Sequence record: DRR378314_405
DNA: 59,253 nt
Direction: 5' to 3' (one strand)
Position 1 is the first letter of the stretch. Each line of letters begins with the position of its first letter. A program made the position numbers and the translations under genes. Below the pieces are notes generated by a model. The model did not search any database and was not told the DNA's origin. It was given only the letters and a program-made list of their open reading frames with translations. This document shows positions 50,704 to 59,253 of the stretch, one piece after another.

Positions 50704-51251
50704 ACTGTCCCTCCTAAACGGTTGGACAAACAGTTTTTCATCAACTGTTTTGCATGGAATATACGGGTTTTGACCGTATTTTCCGGACACTCGACGACTG
50801 AGGCAATTTCCCCATATGCCATGTCCTGCAGGAAGGCCAGTTCGATGACTGTTCGATGGGGCAGCTTCAGCTGTTCAAGACAGAACTGAATATGGGCCCC
50901 ATTTTCCTTGGATGCAAGACAGGCCATTGCATCCGCACTGTCATCGGCGATTTCCGGGATGCTATCACTATCCACGATCACTTTGCCATTCTTGCGCATA
51001 CGATCCACCGTTTTGAAATAGGCTATTCCAAATAGCCAGGTTGACACTTTCGACCGCCCCTCGAAAGTCTCGGCTTTTCGCCAGACTTCCAGGAACGTCT
51101 CATTAAGTATGTCGGCCGCTTCAAACGGATCGTTCAATTTTTGTTTGATAAAATGATAAAGCCGCTTTTCAAACAAGCGGTAAAAATCAGCAAAGGCCGC
51201 TTCATCGCCCTTGCTGATTTTGGTGAGTAAGTCTTGCTCAATATCGCTCAT
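50700..51251 (-). CDS. ECF RNA polymerase sigma factor
   Basis: GDEAAFADFY, ETFLEVW, STWLFGIA (region 2); YGEIA..PENTVKTRIFHAK (region 4.2). Confidence 0.95.
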   Translation of the reverse strand: MSDIEQDLLTKISKGDEAAFADFYRLFEKRLYHFIKQKLNDPFEAADILNETFLEVWRKAETFEGRSKVSTWLFGIAYFKTVDRMRKNGKVIVDSDSIPEIADDSADAMACLASKENGAHIQFCLEQLKLPHRTVIELAFLQDMAYGEIASVVECPENTVKTRIFHAKQLMKNCLSNRLGGTV

Positions 51252-51262
51252 AGCCTGTCAGC

Positions 51263-52357
51263 TCACGGTACATAAAGGCTTTTGCGCGGGGATACACCGA
51301 TCACCTGACCACTGGCCCCGATGGCCCGTAAACGCCAGTCATAGACTTTGCCCGGCTGCAGATGTTCTACGGAAAAGGCGGCCAGGGACAGACTTAAATC
51401 CTTGGCTTTCACCAGCTTGCCACTGACAACATCCGGCAGGCCCTTTTCCAGAATTTCAACCTGATAGGCATAGGCGTTGGGCACCACCGGCCAGGAGAAA
51501 ACCGTATCGCCACTGACTGCGGCCCCTTCGGCAGGTGTATAGGTTTGCAGATTTTCCTCGGCAACGCCCTGCTGCCCCTGCAGAACAAAATATCGCAGGA
51601 CCGGAAATTCCAGACTATCCGTGTCGTCTTCGGCCACAAATGTCACCAGATAGAGCCCGATTTTATCTGTTGGCAAGGCTGGGCTGACAATCCGCGTCTG
51701 CCCCTGTCCGGCGCTGACCAGTTGCTGGCGCACCACCTGCAAGACCCGATACCGCCCGGATCCATAGCTGCTGGACGGATCCACAAGACGCCATTCCCCT
51801 TTTAACAGACCACTGCTGCGAAAGCGGATGTCCGCAACCGCCCGTTGCCGTTCCTTTTGGCGCACCACATCCGTTCTGGAGTTATTCTCAAAAGACAGTT
51901 CAATTCGCCGCAGCGATAAATCACCTGTATTGCCCGCGCCCGCCGCCACATTCAGCGAGCCGATAACCGTGTTTTCCGTATCCGTGAAAATCCGGCGAAT
52001 TGTGATACTGCCCGCCCCTGCTTTTGCGATCGTGGCGGTTTGGGATGGCGACAGGACAAATGTTTCTGTAAAGCGGATCAGATCTGTCCCGGCAATGCCA
52101 ACGGTGGAGGTTTCGCTTAATGTTCCGCCCAGATTTGTCAGCAAGGTTCCGCCGCTCCGCAACTCCGCATTGGCGGAACTGACTGTAACCGGCCCGCCGG
52201 TTGCTGAAATTCGGTTGATGATCCAGGTCACGGTAATCCGCGCACTTCCGGTGACGGGAACGGCAACACTGGCCGGGCTGGTCGTCACCGATGTGATCGT
52301 TGCACTGGCAAGACCCGGGGCCAGGCACAGCATCAGCAGAACCAGATATTTAATCAT
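51263..52357 (-). CDS. Secreted beta-rich protein with C-terminal FN3-like domain
   Basis: Signal peptide MIKYLVLLMLCLAPGLASA; Thr/Ser-rich beta strands; FSWPVV..AY.VE..LQPGKVYDWRLRA; overlaps the upstream stop codon. Confidence 0.7.
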   Translation of the reverse strand: MIKYLVLLMLCLAPGLASATITSVTTSPASVAVPVTGSARITVTWIINRISATGGPVTVSSANAELRSGGTLLTNLGGTLSETSTVGIAGTDLIRFTETFVLSPSQTATIAKAGAGSITIRRIFTDTENTVIGSLNVAAGAGNTGDLSLRRIELSFENNSRTDVVRQKERQRAVADIRFRSSGLLKGEWRLVDPSSSYGSGRYRVLQVVRQQLVSAGQGQTRIVSPALPTDKIGLYLVTFVAEDDTDSLEFPVLRYFVLQGQQGVAEENLQTYTPAEGAAVSGDTVFSWPVVPNAYAYQVEILEKGLPDVVSGKLVKAKDLSLSLAAFSVEHLQPGKVYDWRLRAIGASGQVIGVSPRKSLYVP

Positions 52358-54449
52358 AATAGCCAAAAGGAGCTTTAACCCTGAAGATAAAGAAGGCCTG
52401 ATAAACCGTCTCGTCATCTGAACTGATTGCATTGTCATTTGTAGTCTCCATTGAGCCGCCTAACGCCAGCGCCAACCCAGGTTGATTGAGTTCGGGCTGC
52501 AAAAACGTCCATTCGACTTCACCATTTACAAGATGTGTATCAGGTTGGTCGTCCGAACCGGCTGCAAGGTTCAAATTATAATCCAAATTAAGATCGAGCG
52601 TATCCTTGATCACCTCGGCGGAGATATCCACCAAGAAATTCGTTCCGTAACCGATCTTATCGGTATCCTGATCTTCGAACACGTTGAACTGAAGACCGCC
52701 GCCAATGGAAAAGCGGTCAAAATCAGACCAGTTCACATTAATCGCCGTGCCGTTATTCAGGGTATCACTGCTCAGCCCCGTTCGATCCTCATAAGTTGAC
52801 ACCGAATGAGAGAGACCCCAGCTCCAGTTTCCATAGCTGGTATTGGCCCCCAGCGTGATCGACGTTGACGTATTGTCCGTATCCGGCCCCAAATATCCAA
52901 CGGGCGTTTCCACCCGGTCCATATCGGCCAGAAATCCCGCCAGATATAAATTGGGCGTGCCCAGCCATGCCAGTCCTTCTGATTGCGGCAGGAACGTATA
53001 ATTTAACCCAAAACTTAAACTGTGCAGGCGGTCGGTCGGCAACGAGGCCAGATCATCAACATTGTTGGTTTCATACACATATTGAAGATTGCTCGCCAAG
53101 GCTCCCCAGTTCAGATTACCATAGGCTGAATAGGCGTCCCGGTCTCCGGCCAGCCCGATATTTCCCAGGCTTTGAAAATAGGTTCCGACCCGGTCATACC
53201 GGGCGCCGAGGAATATATCTGTGCTATTGCCCAGTAAAATCGGGCTTTCGGCAAAGGGTCGGCCTTCCACCACAACCGATAGGGCCGTACTGTCTTCTTC
53301 TGGGGCAGTTCCTTCATCCCCGTCCTGATCATAGCGGCTTTCGGCAAACTCACCTCTTAAGGTAAACTGCTGATTAGCAAAGCCTTTTTCGATAATGGCG
53401 CCCCAGCCCCGCCCTTCTGCAACCGGTTCGGTAATCATGATGCCATCGCCATACCCGGCACCTTTGCCTTCGTAATAAAGACCGGTGATTTTCAAGGCAT
53501 CAATATCATTGGAAAAAGGCTGGACCGTTACCAATCCCCCGGTCAGCCGCTCATCCTCATCATTCAGGCCCGTCAGATTATCCCCGCCGGTCAGGGATTC
53601 TGTGCCAAAGGAAAATCCCCGCGCAGTCACATGCTGCCCGGCATCCCCCAAACGCACCGACATTCCGCGGCGATAGAACCCATCCATCAACAAGGACCGC
53701 TGCCCAATATCATGATGGCCCAGAACCGCGCCGCCCTGCAGGGTCTCTCCCGTATAATCAAGGCGCAGATCATATTCACCAATATCCAGCGCATTTCCGG
53801 TCATCGACAGATCGTTATCGCTTTGCAGCAGATAATTTCCACGCGAGGAAAACCGCCAGTTGCCGCTTTCAAGATTTCCGCTCATATCACCGGCACCGCC
53901 CAGAATGGCCCGGTCCGGCCGATTGGTTAGCCGCTCATCCGTGAAGCGATAGCTCACCTCCGTCAGCGTATCCGCCCGGAAGCTGGCCCGCGTCAACGCC
54001 TGTTCCGCCCTGGCCAGTTCCGCCTCCGACGGCATTTCATCGGTTGGGGCGCCCGCAACGGTACTCGCACTGGCACTCGCACCCGATTGCCCGGCCACGG
54101 TAAATGTCCATTGGCCCATAACCACCGGATTGGCCGGATCGGATAAACTTAAAAGCCGGACTTCATGGCTGCCGGCCGCCAACGGCTCTGGCGGCTGATA
54201 CAGAAAATCCTGACCATCAAGGGATAAAAGAGCAGTGATGTCCACCTGATCCAGTTCCACCGACAAGGTGGTTAGCACCAGCAGGTCCAGATCATCAGGC
54301 AGTTCAATTTTGAGGGGGTCAGTCGATCTTTCAGGCGCAATCAGCGCTGCTGCGATGGGATATGTTTCTGCTTGTGCAAAACTACACATGGCCAAGTATA
54401 GCGCCAACAATGCCCCGATTAACTTATGCACGTTTGATTTCCCCAACAT
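52350..54449 (-). CDS. Predicted outer-membrane beta-barrel protein with N-terminal Ig-like domain
   Basis: Signal peptide (..SFAQA), YQPPEPLAAGSHEVRL..WTFTV Ig-like module, about 500 aa of amphipathic Gly/aromatic strands, terminal strand YQAFFIFRVKAPF. Confidence 0.7.
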   Translation of the reverse strand: MLGKSNVHKLIGALLALYLAMCSFAQAETYPIAAALIAPERSTDPLKIELPDDLDLLVLTTLSVELDQVDITALLSLDGQDFLYQPPEPLAAGSHEVRLLSLSDPANPVVMGQWTFTVAGQSGASASASTVAGAPTDEMPSEAELARAEQALTRASFRADTLTEVSYRFTDERLTNRPDRAILGGAGDMSGNLESGNWRFSSRGNYLLQSDNDLSMTGNALDIGEYDLRLDYTGETLQGGAVLGHHDIGQRSLLMDGFYRRGMSVRLGDAGQHVTARGFSFGTESLTGGDNLTGLNDEDERLTGGLVTVQPFSNDIDALKITGLYYEGKGAGYGDGIMITEPVAEGRGWGAIIEKGFANQQFTLRGEFAESRYDQDGDEGTAPEEDSTALSVVVEGRPFAESPILLGNSTDIFLGARYDRVGTYFQSLGNIGLAGDRDAYSAYGNLNWGALASNLQYVYETNNVDDLASLPTDRLHSLSFGLNYTFLPQSEGLAWLGTPNLYLAGFLADMDRVETPVGYLGPDTDNTSTSITLGANTSYGNWSWGLSHSVSTYEDRTGLSSDTLNNGTAINVNWSDFDRFSIGGGLQFNVFEDQDTDKIGYGTNFLVDISAEVIKDTLDLNLDYNLNLAAGSDDQPDTHLVNGEVEWTFLQPELNQPGLALALGGSMETTNDNAISSDDETVYQAFFIFRVKAPFGYYD

Positions 54450-54630
54450 CCCAACGCTCGCCTTATTAGACCTTTAAAATAAAACTGCATATTTCCTGAG
54501 TCTAATTTACCCATTCTTTGCCCGGTGAGTGCTATTCACAACAACCTGTTGCCCATTCTCCACACCCGGCACAAAAGCATTAGCCCACCTGTTCTAAATC
54601 CAGCAGGCTTGAAAGACTGCGTATAGCTAT

Positions 54631-54656
54631 GTCGGACCAACCCAGAAAAAGGTTCA
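54631..54656 (-). promoter_or_regulatory. Candidate ECF-type promoter TGAACC-N16-CGAC
   Basis: Minus strand tgaacctttttctgggttggtccgac about 180 bp upstream of the beta-barrel gene. Confidence 0.35.
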
Positions 54657-54760
54657 ATTGCACCGGTAAAAAAAGCAGCTGACATATATTTGTCATGGTA
54701 TCTAAATACTGCTGATCAGATGATATACCCAGATCCAAACCTTCAGAACGGCCCCAATTC

Positions 54761-56065
54761 ATGAGCTTTGCCCCCTCTCAAACCGACCCTCAGCCCTCCT
54801 TCAGGGATCAATGGCTTGTCTTCGGTCAGATCGGGCTGCAGTCGTTTGGCGGTCCAGCCGCGCAGATCTCACTGATGCACAAGCTGCTTGTGGATGACCG
54901 CAAATGGCTAACTGAAAACCAGTTTCTGAACGCCCTGAATTACTGCATGTTGCTGCCCGGCCCCGAAGCCATGCAACTGGCGACTTACGCGGGCTGGCGG
55001 GTTGCCGGGATTGCCGGTGGATTGATCGCCGGGCTTTTATTTGTGCTGCCCGGCGCCGCTTTCATGCTGGCCCTGGCCTTGATCTACAGTTTCTATGGAA
55101 CCCTGCCGCTGATCACGACGCTGTTTATGGGAGTTAAGGCCGCCGTTCTGGTCATTGTGCTGGAAGCCCTCGTCAAAGTTTCCCGAAAAGCGCTGAAATC
55201 TATCGCCAGTTGGGGGCTGGCCTTGGCCGCCTTTGTGGCGATCTTTTTTCTGCAGGTGCCCTTTCCCTTCATCATTTTGGCAGCGGCCCTTTTTGGTTTT
55301 GTCCTGTTTCGCAATGCCAATCCAACCGAAGGGGACGCGCATACCCCGAAAATTTCCAGATTTTACAGCCTGAAAATCATCGCCCTGGGTCTGTTGATCT
55401 GGTTGGGACCACTTTTACTAATCAGTCTGGCGCCGGGGACAGAGCTGCTGAGCGAAATTGGCATCTTTTTCTCCAAACTGGCGGTGGTGACATTTGGCGG
55501 TGCCTATGCTGTTCTGGCCTATATGAGCCAGGACGTTGTCAGTGGTTTTGGATGGTTGACAACCGGCGAAATGATGGACGGGCTCGGATTGGCTGAAACC
55601 ACGCCCGGGCCATTGATCCTGGTGACTGAATTTGTCGCCTTTCTATCCGCCTTTAAAGCCGAAGGTCTACTCAGCGCCTTTCTGGCAGCGTCCATCTGCC
55701 TTTGGGTCACCTTCGTGCCCTGCTTCATCTGGATTTTTGCAGGCGCGCCCTATCTGGAAAAAATCACGTCCCGCCCGCGCCTGAACGGGGCGTTCGCCGG
55801 GGTCACGGCCGCAGTGGTCGGGGTGATCCTTAACCTGTCCGTCTGGTTTGCACTTCATGTCCTGTTTCAGCAGGTTCAGTCGACTGATTTAGGCTTCATC
55901 ACCCTATTGCAGCCGCAACTGAACAGCCTGCAACTGGATATCGTGTTTCTGGTGTTGCTCAATGTTATTCTGCTGCTGATCCTCAAATGGAAAATCGGCA
56001 CAATCCTTGGCATATCCGCTGGCGCGGCCTGGCTACTGGCGACCCTTCCCAATCTGCTCTCCTGA
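54761..56065 (+). CDS. chrA: Chromate efflux transporter, long-chain CHR family
   Basis: SFGGPAAQI, LPGPEAMQLA, TFGGAYAVL, ETTPGPLI. Confidence 0.93.
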   Translation: MSFAPSQTDPQPSFRDQWLVFGQIGLQSFGGPAAQISLMHKLLVDDRKWLTENQFLNALNYCMLLPGPEAMQLATYAGWRVAGIAGGLIAGLLFVLPGAAFMLALALIYSFYGTLPLITTLFMGVKAAVLVIVLEALVKVSRKALKSIASWGLALAAFVAIFFLQVPFPFIILAAALFGFVLFRNANPTEGDAHTPKISRFYSLKIIALGLLIWLGPLLLISLAPGTELLSEIGIFFSKLAVVTFGGAYAVLAYMSQDVVSGFGWLTTGEMMDGLGLAETTPGPLILVTEFVAFLSAFKAEGLLSAFLAASICLWVTFVPCFIWIFAGAPYLEKITSRPRLNGAFAGVTAAVVGVILNLSVWFALHVLFQQVQSTDLGFITLLQPQLNSLQLDIVFLVLLNVILLLILKWKIGTILGISAGAAWLLATLPNLLS

Positions 56066-56256
56066 TTCCAAGCCTCCAGCTGCGCACGATTCTCTTTTTC
56101 ACTGAATAAGCTGCATTTATGACAGAAAATAGTTTCAATTGAAAAAATCAGGCCCACCAGTTTAAGCGCAAAAGCCCGTTATGGTTAATTCTAATGTGAG
56201 AATTTGACTATAAAACCCTGGATTCCCAACAGCGTCAAAATACCAATGTCGAACGA

Positions 56257-56285
56257 AATTAACCTTTATTAACAAAAGGTTAATT
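56257..56285. promoter_or_regulatory. 11-bp inverted repeat containing a CtrA-type TTAA-N7-TTAA box
   Basis: aattaaccttt-N7-aaaggttaatt; TTAAcaaaaggTTAA at 56269-56283; upstream of the histidine kinase. Confidence 0.55.
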
Positions 56286-56402
56286 CGTAACAATAAGTTC
56301 ACATTTCTGCAATTGACACTCGCGGTCGGTGCGTCAATCGTCTGCGGGTTCAATAGCTGATTTTTTGGCTCTGTCGCGTATGAGTAAAGAGGGGGACCGA
56401 TA

Positions 56403-57626
56403 TTGAATTATATATCGGATACGGAAATCCATCAGGTGACGATGGCCAGTCTACTGGAAAATGCACCACCGGTTTCAGACAGCACCACCTGCCATCAGGC
56501 GGCGGAGCTTTTCCGGCAAATGGAAGGCACTGCCGGTTTTGCCGTTATTAAGGACAGAAAGCCTATTGGCATCATTGCCAGGGACCAACTCACCATTCGC
56601 CTGGCGACCCAGTTTGGGCATGCCGTTTATGGCAAACGTTTGGTCACCGACATGATGATCCAGAACCCGTTGATTGTGGACATTACCGAAAGTATCGATC
56701 GGGTGGAACAATTGATCACAAACGGCTTTGAAAGTGCGCTGTCTGCCGGGTTCATTGTCACCTCTGATCAGCAATATGTGGGCATGGGAAATGTGCTCGC
56801 CCTCATGCGCGAAAGCGTTAATCGCACCCGGCTGCAAAATCAGAAGCTGGAAATCAGCACCCAGCTTGCCCGCCATTCAAATGAAGTCAAATCCCAGTTT
56901 CTGGCCGGCATGAGCCATGAGCTGCGAACCCCTTTAAATGCCATTATCGGGTTTTCTGAACTGATCGTGCAAGAGTCTTTCGGGCCGATTTCACCGCCGA
57001 AATATGGCCAGTATGTCGAAGATATTCTGGAAAGTGGCCGCCATCTACTGAACATGATCAGTGATATCCTGGACATGAGCAAAATTGAGGCGGGCCGCTA
57101 TGAGTTGAACGAGCAGCCGGTTGAATTACACGGCGTGGCCCGACATGCCGTTAAAATGTGCCAGGTACTGGCAGATGGAAAAGCGATTTCCCTGGACTAT
57201 GAAATTTCAAACCCGTCGCCTGTCGTGCTTGGCGATCCGCGGGCCATGAAACAGATCCTGCTGAACCTCATCTCCAACGGGATCAAATATACGGAAACGA
57301 ACGGCACCGTGAAACTGCACATATCCGAAGATCGCAATCACACCGTGCGAATTGCCGTCAGCGATAACGGTCCCGGCATCGCCGCAGAGGAACTGAGCCG
57401 GATCACCGAACCGTTTGTGCAGGTATCCTCCGGGCATAGCGACAAGACAGACGGCACCGGTCTGGGCTTGGCGATTGTCAAATCCTTAACGGAATTGCAC
57501 GAGGCCAATTTTGAAATGACGAGCGAAGTGGATGTGGGAACAACTGTCAGCATCGCCTTTCCCCAGCACCGAAACCACCTCAGATCCGCCGCCTTAGCCG
57601 ACGCTCAGTTATATTCCTGCCGCTGA
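56403..57626 (+). CDS. Cytoplasmic histidine kinase with N-terminal CBS pair
   Basis: CBS-like repeats, H-box MSHELRTPLNAIIGFSE, N box NLISNGIKY, DNGPGI, GTGLGL; no TM. Confidence 0.9.
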   Translation: MNYISDTEIHQVTMASLLENAPPVSDSTTCHQAAELFRQMEGTAGFAVIKDRKPIGIIARDQLTIRLATQFGHAVYGKRLVTDMMIQNPLIVDITESIDRVEQLITNGFESALSAGFIVTSDQQYVGMGNVLALMRESVNRTRLQNQKLEISTQLARHSNEVKSQFLAGMSHELRTPLNAIIGFSELIVQESFGPISPPKYGQYVEDILESGRHLLNMISDILDMSKIEAGRYELNEQPVELHGVARHAVKMCQVLADGKAISLDYEISNPSPVVLGDPRAMKQILLNLISNGIKYTETNGTVKLHISEDRNHTVRIAVSDNGPGIAAEELSRITEPFVQVSSGHSDKTDGTGLGLAIVKSLTELHEANFEMTSEVDVGTTVSIAFPQHRNHLRSAALADAQLYSCR

Positions 57627-57919
57627 CGATCGATCAGCGCAAATTTTCGAACCATGCTGTCCAGCCCATCCCGATAGACCGGTTGGCGGATCATGGCGAA
57701 GACGAACATGAACTGATGGGTTTGATCTTTCACGGATGTGCTATGGCGAAACACTTCAAGGCGATGCTCATGGGCCAGCAATGCTTTGTTATGGGAGCGT
57801 TGATCCTGGCGCACCGCTTCCAGATACACATAATCTGACGCGTCCCGATACAGTCTTGCCCGCACCCAGTCATGGGTAATCAGGGAATAAACTGTTCCAA
57901 TTGGATCCGTTTCAATCAT
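57605..57919 (-). CDS. Hypothetical protein (about 104 aa)
   Basis: Open frame filling the gap; no recognised motif; start uncertain. Confidence 0.4.
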   Translation of the reverse strand: MIETDPIGTVYSLITHDWVRARLYRDASDYVYLEAVRQDQRSHNKALLAHEHRLEVFRHSTSVKDQTHQFMFVFAMIRQPVYRDGLDSMVRKFALIDRQRQEYN

Positions 57920-58309
57920 CGAATTGCCGTTTCGAGTATGCCCGGTTTTCGGGCCGTCGGCCCTGCCCCCAGCGCCTTGAGGCAGAACTCTAGTCAAAAC
58001 ACCGGGACAAGTAAAACGCCGATCGGCGGCAACTTGAAAAGCGCTTTATTTTCAATAAGCCAAATTCCCGAATCTGAAAAAAAGACAATAAACAAGAGTC
58101 GAATCTTCAAAAAATGAAGAGAATCAGGCGAAATGACGCCTCTTTTTGCGCCCGTGTAATCCTCAGCTCTTGCCGGCAATTTGCACATCCCACTTGATTA
58201 GTCGAAATCTCGCTTTAGGATACTGGAGGAAATAACGGGACCACTGCGGCGATGCCCGTATTGAAACCCCGGCGCTTTATGATCCGCTCCTTAACAGAGA
58301 CTGTTTATC

Positions 58310-58714
58310 ATGGTCACGCTCAAACGCACTCAATATGCCTTTGGCACTCTGGACGCCTCGCCAGCGGAATGGGCGCTGATCAAGACCCTGCTTCGCTACG
58401 CCGAAAGCCATTATTTCAGCCTCGAACTACTTTATTCCATTCGCGGCCCGGAAGAGCAGCGGCGCAGAAAACTGCAGGATTTAATTGAAGTCATGGCCGA
58501 GGTTTGCACGGGAACGCCCGTTGAAATGCACAAAAACGACCTGTTCCTGATGTTCACCTGTCTGAGAAAACTGGACGGCGAAGAGATCCCCGGTGTGCCG
58601 GAGGCCGAAAAAGACACCTTAATTGACGGGCTGAGGGAGTTGGATGTTTATCATATTTTTGACGATGACCAGGTCACCGATGCGGACCGGGATCGCTGGG
58701 CAGAGGATAGCTGA
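58310..58714 (+). CDS. Hypothetical acidic protein
   Basis: 134-aa ORF whose stop abuts the next ATG; no recognised motif. Confidence 0.6.
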   Translation: MVTLKRTQYAFGTLDASPAEWALIKTLLRYAESHYFSLELLYSIRGPEEQRRRKLQDLIEVMAEVCTGTPVEMHKNDLFLMFTCLRKLDGEEIPGVPEAEKDTLIDGLRELDVYHIFDDDQVTDADRDRWAEDS

Positions 58715-59206
58715 ATGACCCATGTGGATATTGACACAACAATCGCCTGGGTTCGCGAGCTGCATGCCGGTCAAACCGACAAATCGGGCGCGCCCTATAT
58801 CGGGCATGTCCTTCGGGTTTACCAGCGGCTCTGCGATCTGTTTCCAACCGCCAGCGAAGAGACCCGGCACGCCGCCCTGCTCCACGATACCCTTGAAGAC
58901 TGCGACGTAACACCCGCCGATCTGCGCGCCCGAGGGTATAACGAGGACACCATTACCCTTGTCCAGTGGGTCACCAAAAACCCGGATGACGGGCTCACCT
59001 ATCTGCAGCGGATCGAACATCTGGCCGCCGCCGGTCCCATCGGGGCCATGCAGGTCAAATTGGCCGATCTAACCGATAACAGCGACCCCGATCGCCTTGC
59101 CGCACTGCCCGCCGACAAAGCCCGCTCCCTCGCCAAACGCTACCACCACGCACTTGAGATTTTACACTCAAAACTGGCCCAAAACCCGGCACATGCCCCT
59201 GAATAA
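58715..59206 (+). CDS. Stand-alone HD-domain protein, small alarmone hydrolase (RelA/SpoT hydrolase/Mesh1)-like
   Basis: H.GQ.D.SG.PYIGH, AALLHDTLED, VKLADLTDN. Confidence 0.85.
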   Translation: MTHVDIDTTIAWVRELHAGQTDKSGAPYIGHVLRVYQRLCDLFPTASEETRHAALLHDTLEDCDVTPADLRARGYNEDTITLVQWVTKNPDDGLTYLQRIEHLAAAGPIGAMQVKLADLTDNSDPDRLAALPADKARSLAKRYHHALEILHSKLAQNPAHAPE

Positions 59207-59253
59207 ATAATATAATTGAACGGTTTTTGAGAAAATTCTTGAAATACGGGTTT

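Noticed and set aside
1-59253. CRISPR arrays, tRNA/rRNA genes, transposases, integrases, prophage or anti-phage genes
   Set aside because: No repeat-spacer periodicity, cloverleaf or diagnostic protein motifs seen by eye

Overview
Chromosomal window of a free-living alphaproteobacterium (roughly 50-55% GC by eye; a marine Sneathiella/Rhodospirillales-like lineage is my inference only). Bases 1-33.6 kb are mostly core genes: yidC-engB-argB, a PAS-GAF-GGDEF cyclase with a DUF2336 partner, dapD/dapE, def-fmt-truA, rmuC, ffs-dnaX-ybaB-recR, nudC, an alpha-r8/MmgR(SuhB)-like sRNA, kdsB-pheA-yhhQ, cycM-hisN, a yej ABC operon with two YejA paralogues, ghrA and an M17 aminopeptidase. The right part is more accessory: a c-di-GMP effector cluster (PilZ, Cle-like receiver), a glcB/IclR/guaD/acyl-CoA dehydrogenase island with a repeated operator, an orphan near-consensus sigma70 promoter facing a ~290-nt structured non-coding tract, a split sensor-MCP pair, a Cys/His-rich leader ORF before a cytochrome c, a five-gene beta-barrel/secreted protein/ECF sigma/anti-sigma/subtilase operon, chrA, a CBS histidine kinase and a small HD hydrolase. 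The best candidates for undescribed systems are the ECF-subtilase operon (48.4-54.4 kb) and the candidate ncRNA (44.55-44.84 kb). I saw no rRNA, tRNA, CRISPR array, IS element or prophage. All calls come from motif recognition by eye; no database searches were run.
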